Assembly (NCBI GenBank): GCA_964270895.1
Contig: OZ185452.1
Strand: one strand, 5' to 3'
Source of the DNA: Podarcis filfolensis
Taxonomy: Eukaryota
Length of the DNA stretch: 64,000 nucleotides
The notes beneath the pieces were generated by a model. The model made no database searches. It worked only from the letters and a program-made list of their open reading frames with translations, and was not told the DNA's origin. Of this stretch, positions 57,821 to 64,000 are shown piece by piece. How positions within the stretch are numbered: position 1 is the first letter of the stretch; each line of letters starts with the position of its first letter. Position numbers and translations under genes: made by a program.

Positions 57821-58362
57821 TGCGCTTCTGATGTTTATAGGGAAGGGGAATGAGCAGTGCAGGACACGCCACATAGGAATATGGGGAGATGACCTACTAA
57901 CTGACAGGCCCACCTGGACCCACCCACCCCTGTGCCAGGGGACTTTCCCCAGATTCCAAGGGAGAAGCTCTTGGCATTCCACCAGGGGATCCGCTCTGCC
58001 ATCTGGTCCCATCAGCAACACAAAGCGTGAGCCTTTTCACTCTATAGTCATTATATATGGGAGGGGGGTTACTCTCAAATCTGAGCAGAATGGGAAATGG
58101 GTGCACCCATCTAGCAGCATCAGCAGAGAAACCTGGAATGAAACCCCACTTCCTCCTCCACTCTCTCTTTCTGTTCTACCTGAGGTTGGAGGCAATCTCT
58201 TCCAGGTGCTTCTCAATCTCTGGGTTGGGCATACCCACCCCCAGCTCTGTGCTTGGAAATGAGCCTTCTCGTCCTCCTGGTTCCTGACCAGCACCTTCAG
58301 GCATTCCCCAAACAGTGGGAGACACAGCCAAGAGCCAGTCCCCCAAGGAATTACTCGCAGGC

Positions 58363-58366
<4 letters not shown>

Positions 58367-58405
<39 letters not shown>
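58367..58405. repeat. (CA)n microsatellite
   Basis: Seen directly. Confidence 0.9.
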
Positions 58406-58407
<2 letters not shown>

Positions 58408-59602
58408 ACTGGGCCTGTTCCAGCTTGCTTTGTGAAGTGGAGGCACTTGTGGGCTGGGGGTGCCTCAGACAGTGCTGGGCCTGGCTCACTTCAAAGGCAG
58501 GTTCCACTGCCCAGTTTCCCTCCTCAGGAGGCCAAAGTGCTCTTCCTCGCACCTCCATGCCCCAAAGATCACAGCGGCTGAGAAGGTCCTTTTCTTCAGA
58601 AGACGCCTGACACAGCCTCCCTCCCTTCCGCTTCTCTCCTTGCTATCTGTTTTGTGCCTGCAGCAATATCAGCTCTGGCTGTGATCTCCTCAGATCTTAG
58701 CACTTGGTGGCTTCTGGGATTAGTGAGAGGAGGAAAAAACGCCTCGAATCAGAAGCTGCCATTCCCACCAGCTAAGCAGGGGCTGCCCTGTCATGGATGA
58801 GACAGGAGGCAGCTTGCAGAAGGCAGGAAGGGAGGAAGAAGGTGGCGATGGCAAGGCGAGAGAAAGAGAGTGTGTCGCCTGATAGGCGCAGGGGCTTTGT
58901 GCTGAGGCCTACATTTTGTGGGCGATGGCTGGCATGTCATGGAGAAACTGGTAGGAGAGAGAGGCAGGGAGGTCAGCACCAAACCAGCCCCTTTACCTCC
59001 ACTTCTTGCAGTACCACCATGGTTGAGAGCTGTGGCTGCTGGTGACACGTCACGGTGCGGACTTGCATTCCACAGGCTGTGCCAGCCACACAGCAAATGT
59101 GCTGGACCCCCTGCAGATCCAAGCGCCTCAAAAGAGCCAGTTTGTGCAGACCAGAGAAATGAATGCAGCGTGTGCGCACGACTCAGCTCCTCTTTTAGTT
59201 CTGCAGCTCTGGTCTCCAATATTTCCAGTTTAGTGCTGAAAGGTTGGGGGGGGGGCTGCTATCCGGATCTGCCTCTTTAAACAGCCAAGACAGAAACATC
59301 TAGAAGCATTTCAACGCATCTCAAGCCTGAATATCTCTCCCTTGGTGCCTGTTGCTGGCTCGCACCTGGGGCAGAGGACCTGCTCTGCATGCAGAAGGAC
59401 ACAAGTTTGATCCCCAGTGGCATGTCTGGGCTTCTGGAACACCAGGGAGCCACTGCCAGTTAGCATTGGTGATGCTGAGCTTGCTTCTGTGTAAGGCCCT
59501 TCCCGATGCTTATCTGTGTTTAAATCATCCCTTAGCACAGAAGCAGGAGGGCTGGGAGCACACTTGGCTTTTCAGAGGAATAGGAGAGCTCAGTGGTGGA
59601 GA

Positions 59603-59840
59603 ACATAAGAAGAGCCTGCAGGATCAGACCAATGGCCTATCTAGTCCCGCATCCTGTTCTTGCAGTGGCCAACCAGATGCTGCAGTGGGAAACCCACAAG
59701 CAGGATTCAAGCACAAGAGTGCACTCTCCTCCTGAGGCTTCTAAACTTGTATTCAGGAGCATTGCTGCCTCCAACCATAGAGGCAGAGCATAGCCATTGT
59801 GGCTAGCATCTTCCTCCATGGATTTGCCTAATGGAGTACG
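59603..59840 (-). mobile_element. CR1-type 3' end fragment
   Basis: aacataagaagagcctgcaggatcagacc...gtggccaaccagatgc...gtattcaggagcattgctgcctcc. Confidence 0.75.
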
Positions 59841-61299
59841 AGCTTTGCCTCTCACAGTTCCAATCCTTGGCACCAGTGGGAAAAGTTATTCTCTCCCCGA
59901 AACCCCAGAGAGTGTCTGCCAGTTAGAGTAGATTGGCCTTCTGCAGCCTGATGCCCTCTAGACCTTTTGGACTACAACTCCCATCAGCCCAGCTGGCATC
60001 ACCCTGGCCAAGGAGGATGGAAGCTGGGGGCCACCAGGTTCCAGAATGGCTTGATCCTGTGCAACAGATTGCATTGTTGCTCCAACTATATTTCTTCTAT
60101 GGAACCTTCCTAACTTGGCATTATGGAAAACTGCCTTTAAGCATGTGAAGAATGTCTCTTATCCACTGAATGAAACTAGAGCGACAGAAGCATCCCTGAT
60201 CAGAATTGACACACATCCCAACGTCTTGCAACACTATGCAGGACCAAACTATAGAAGTGGTGTTAATTGGGCAACTAGCCATGGTCCCGACAAAAACCAC
60301 ACCACTGAAGGTGCTGTTTGGTGACCCCAATGGAAGAGGCAAAGAGAAGCTTCTGGGGGTCAGTTTCCGTCAGGACCATGGCAGGAAGCAAAGGGTTAAA
60401 CTATCATCCGTCTCTTACTGCCCCCCTTGCTGGCAACTGTTATTTACATTTTTTTTTTAAAGGTGCATATCAATTGCATTGACACAATTCATGCCAACTC
60501 TCATTTCACCCACAGGGGCTGCCCTCAAGGGGGCAATTATTCTGCCCTGGCAGGCATCTGCCTCCCCTTCCTTGACCTTACCAGGATGCCTCTCAGCTTG
60601 CAAGGATCCCAGGCATCCCATCCCCTCAGAATATATTGGAGGGAGGCATTGTTTTCCACCCCACTTCCTACCCCAAATGGAGCAGACCTTCCAAACACCC
60701 ATCATGAGCTGTAAACTTTCTTTAAGTGGGGAGACCTACCAAAGGCCACCTGCAGAGGCACCCCTCACGCCATCCACAAGGCAAGGAGATGCTTTCTTTG
60801 GTTTATTTGAAGCATTTCTGTCCTCTTCAACCAGAAAAGGAAAGGCTCCCAGGATAGTCACAACTGTAAGGCAGTCCATGCCCTCAGACTAAGAAGACAC
60901 ACACAAAAGGAAAAGGAATGGGGATGGAAGAGGAGCAGGAGAGGAGAAAGCAAACTCAGGCACTAGTTCTTATTTACAGTGTTCTGGAAGAGGCAGCATC
61001 CAAGGACCCAGAAGTTGGTGATTTATTGGCTGAACTGATGGAAAGGACCTGCTGCCCATTTCTCCCTCTCTTGGAATGACTCTGGAGGGAGGGAGCTGGT
61101 GGTGCTGGCCTTCCTGCAGAGGGGAGTCCCGTGGCCATCCCAGTGGGGCTTCCTCTCATTTGCTTGCCAAGCTGCCTTTGTAAACTCCACACAAACACCA
61201 AAAAAAGGAGAGGGTGGAGACACAGCAGGTGAAGAAGCCCAGATCTGTGATCGAGGCTGGGCACAGAGGCCAAAACCCCTGATAATATCTCTCATATAA

Positions 61300-61505
61300 C
61301 ATAAGAACATCAGAAGAGCCTGCTGGATCAAGCCAGTTGCCCTTCTAGTCCAGCATCCTGTTCTCACAGGGCAAATCAGAGGCAGGGCTTGAGCACAAAA
61401 GTCCTCTCTCCTGTGGCTTCCAGCAACTAGTATTCAGAAGCATCGCTGCCTCCAACTTTGGCAGCAGAGCAGAGCCATCCTGGCTAGTAGCCATCAATAG
61501 CCCTC
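61300..61505 (-). mobile_element. CR1-type 3' end fragment
   Basis: cataagaacatcagaagagcctgctggatcaagcc...ctagtccagcatcctgttctcacag...gtattcagaagcatcgctgcctcc. Confidence 0.75.
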
Positions 61506-62052
61506 TCTCCCGCCTCTGGGGCACAGCGTTGCCTGCCCATCCCACCAGGGGCTCATCTGGGCTGTGTGCAATGTGTGTGCGTTGGTCTGTCTCGCTCTCT
61601 GTTGCGAGAGCCCCCTCTGCCTGCAGCCTGCCTGCCTGCATCACATCCACAGCTCAGCCCTGCTGCTGCACGCCGGCCTCTGCAGCAGCTCAGCCGCCTC
61701 CGCCTCTGCAGGGCCTTTTTCCTTGAGCCTGCCTGGAGAACTTTGGGCTATGCCTGCCTGCAAGAGAGGCTTATGAAACCAGAGAGAGAGAGAGAGATTA
61801 TTTCCAAGCATTCAAACCTGGAATTAGTCCGTCGAAACAGCCCTGAGCAATTAAGGAGAACCGCATGCCTTGTATGCTGAAGACCACATGCTCATCTGAA
61901 GGACCTCAGGCTGGGAGGAGGCTGGCTGACACTGAAATCCATCCATGTCAGCATTGCCAAGCCAGCTGACAGTCTCTTTCCAAGGCCTCATACAGCTCTT
62001 TCTCAGCCGTACCTGGAAATCCCAGATGTGGATCCTGGAAGCCTTTAAATAG

Positions 62053-62230
62053 GGGCATAAGAAGCTGCCTTATACAGCGTCAGACCGCTGTTCCATTTTG
62101 CTAGTATCACCTGCACTGATCAGCAGTGGCTCATCAGGGTTTCAGACAGGGAATTCTCTCTGCCCTACCTGGAAATGCCAGACATTGAGCTAGGCAAGCA
62201 GCTGCCCTCCCACTGAACTCTGGCCCTTCC
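62053..62230 (-). mobile_element. tRNA-derived squamate SINE, same family
   Basis: cataagaagctgccttatacagcgtcagacc...cagggtttcagacaggg...cctacctggaaatgccag...cccactgaactctggccc. Confidence 0.7.
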
Positions 62231-62918
62231 TGTAAAACCAAAACAAGTTTCCAGTCCTCATTTCCGGTTCTGAACATAGGGCTGATTTAAATTGGGGCAG
62301 AAGGAGTTGCCTTATGCCACTGAGCAACAGAGCCTTGACCTGTTGTTGAGAGGGTCACTGGAGTGGCCCAAGCAAAAGAAAGATTTTCCTCCCCAGACAA
62401 CCTGCAGAATTCATCACCGGAGGATGTTGAAATGGCCAAGCTGCTCTGTGGCTGTGAGGAACAAAAGGGACTTCTGCACCATTTCATCAATTTAGCTCCC
62501 TTTCAAGGTTTTCAAATAATTTAAGCATTCTGGTGATTAGATGGAGGACGAAAGAGAGAGGAAAGGAGAGGAGAGGAGGGAATTGTTGTGGCTTTCAGGA
62601 AGAGGGGGGAAAATTGGGAGGGGGGAGCACTGAAGCTGTGATTCCCTCCTGCATTTGGCCACATTGATTTATAGAATAGCTCTGAAGACATAAGGGTTGG
62701 GCACTTGCAATGTCGTTCCCCCACAATTAAAAATGAAAGCTGAGATTTTTCTGCTCCTGAACTCTCCTGCTAGGAACTGAACTCTGCCTTCACTTCAGAG
62801 GTTATGGGTTCCAAGTCTTCTTGACCCCTCAGTTCCTTCCCTGGCCCATTTTGCAATCTTAAAAGCTCTGTTTAGGGCTGGTTCCTCTGGAGAGCAGCAT
62901 TGTGGTATCTTTCCCCAA

Positions 62919-62949
<31 letters not shown>

Positions 62950-64000
62950 AAAATCCCAGAGCCAGCGCTGTCCTGGTTAGCTTTGAGGAACAGACAGTGG
63001 CTCGGGGGGGGGGGGGCAGCTGCCTGTGTCACTCAGAGCTTTTTTGCTGCCTTGTTTCACCAGTGGTGGCATGCGCCTGTTGCTCAAATGAGCATGAGCA
63101 CCGGCAAGCAACACCTGCCACACTTGCTGTTGGGGTCTAACCCACAGGGCAACCCTGTCTCCACTTGTGGGCCCCTTATCTGGCTACCCCTAGCCCCAGT
63201 GTAGCACCCCTGTTGACCCAACTTGCTCACCAGCTCTAGAGTTCATGTGGGCAGCCCATGGGTCACATGCAATGGGAGGTAGCCCCTTCCCATATGCGAC
63301 TACTTGATAACCTTCCACAGCCAAAGACCCACTCAAAATTAATCGCTTTACTTCTGTCGTGGCTGCTCCCTTTGGTTCTCTGGTAGTCTTGAGCTCAGCG
63401 CTGATCTAGCCATGCTTGCCTCGGCCAGTTTTGTCCAGATTTCTCCCTGCTTCTGACCATTGATGTGCCAGACAGAGGATGTGCCCAGCACAGACTGGCC
63501 CACCTAAAAGGGAAGCCTGGGGAACAGGCTTTGTAGCACAAAAGGGAGGTAGCCAGAGTCACTCGCTCCAAGGGCATCTCGTGATGCAGAATACAGGCCT
63601 GCCCTTGCTTAAGGGATGCTGGGCACTAGGGCTCTCCCGTCTTCCCAGTGGGAACTCCTCCACCCAAGATGGCACTGGAGCCTTGAGGAGAGGACAGTTG
63701 GCTTCAGAGTAGCCTCAGCAACAGGAATATGGCATGAATGCTTCTGAGAATAAAACACACCCCTAAGCTTGCCAGTTCTGTGGGTGGTTTCCCCCACACA
63801 CACCAGACCCAAAATTTTCTGAAGATGAATGGACAGATGTTCCTGCCTACCCAGGAATCAGTTCACCACCCATTATAATTAGGTCACATATCTTAAAGTC
63901 AGTTGATTAACCAGCAAAAGCTTAATTCAAAATAACTCAGCGGGGCCATTGATTAGCAGGGCCTTCCCCCCCTCCCCTCCTAAACTGACAGTTTCATTGG

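Larger units (their letters stand above)
1..64000 (+). other. NRXN2: Partial neurexin-2 locus (3' region shared by alpha and beta isoforms); window starts and ends in introns
   Basis: Four exons join in frame with GT-AG boundaries and phases 0-1, 1-1, 1-0, 0-1. The spliced peptide [15 protein letters not shown]...[26 protein letters not shown]...[26 protein letters not shown] matches my recollection of NRXN2 rather than NRXN1 or NRXN3. Confidence 0.95.

Noticed and set aside
52794-64000. SS5 insert / transmembrane-cytoplasmic exon (GELILPII..., VIRESSSTTG...KEYYV)
   Set aside because: Not found in any plus-strand frame; presumably beyond the window.

Overview
Vertebrate genomic DNA. The repeat content points to a squamate, probably a lacertid lizard (inference). 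The whole window lies inside the 3' part of a neurexin-2 gene (NRXN2, + strand). I can read four coding exons with compatible splice phases: the middle of LNS6 (25549-25720), the 90-nt alternatively spliced SS4 cassette (35657-35746), the end of LNS6 plus the Thr-rich stalk (44809-45131), and the Cys-loop exon (52715-52793). I did not find the preceding LNS6 exon or the SS5/transmembrane exon, so both are probably outside the window. The rest is intron containing CR1 and L2 LINE fragments, tRNA-derived and MIR-like SINEs, mariner and hAT MITEs, and microsatellites. Almost all ORFs in the supplied track are chance ORFs. The most interesting signals centre on SS4: (1) a candidate unannotated in-frame 66-nt cassette exon (42845-42910) in the same phase-1 position; (2) oppositely oriented CR1 3' ends that bracket the SS4 exon and could base-pair; (3) strand-biased CUAA/UWAA clusters; (4) a decoy upstream acceptor. 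Other candidates are a 21-nt microexon and a gamma-like internal first exon. All novel-exon calls come from motif reading only. Pseudo-exons are common in long introns, so RNA-seq and cross-species conservation are the decisive tests. Repeat boundaries are approximate unless TIRs or TSDs are quoted.
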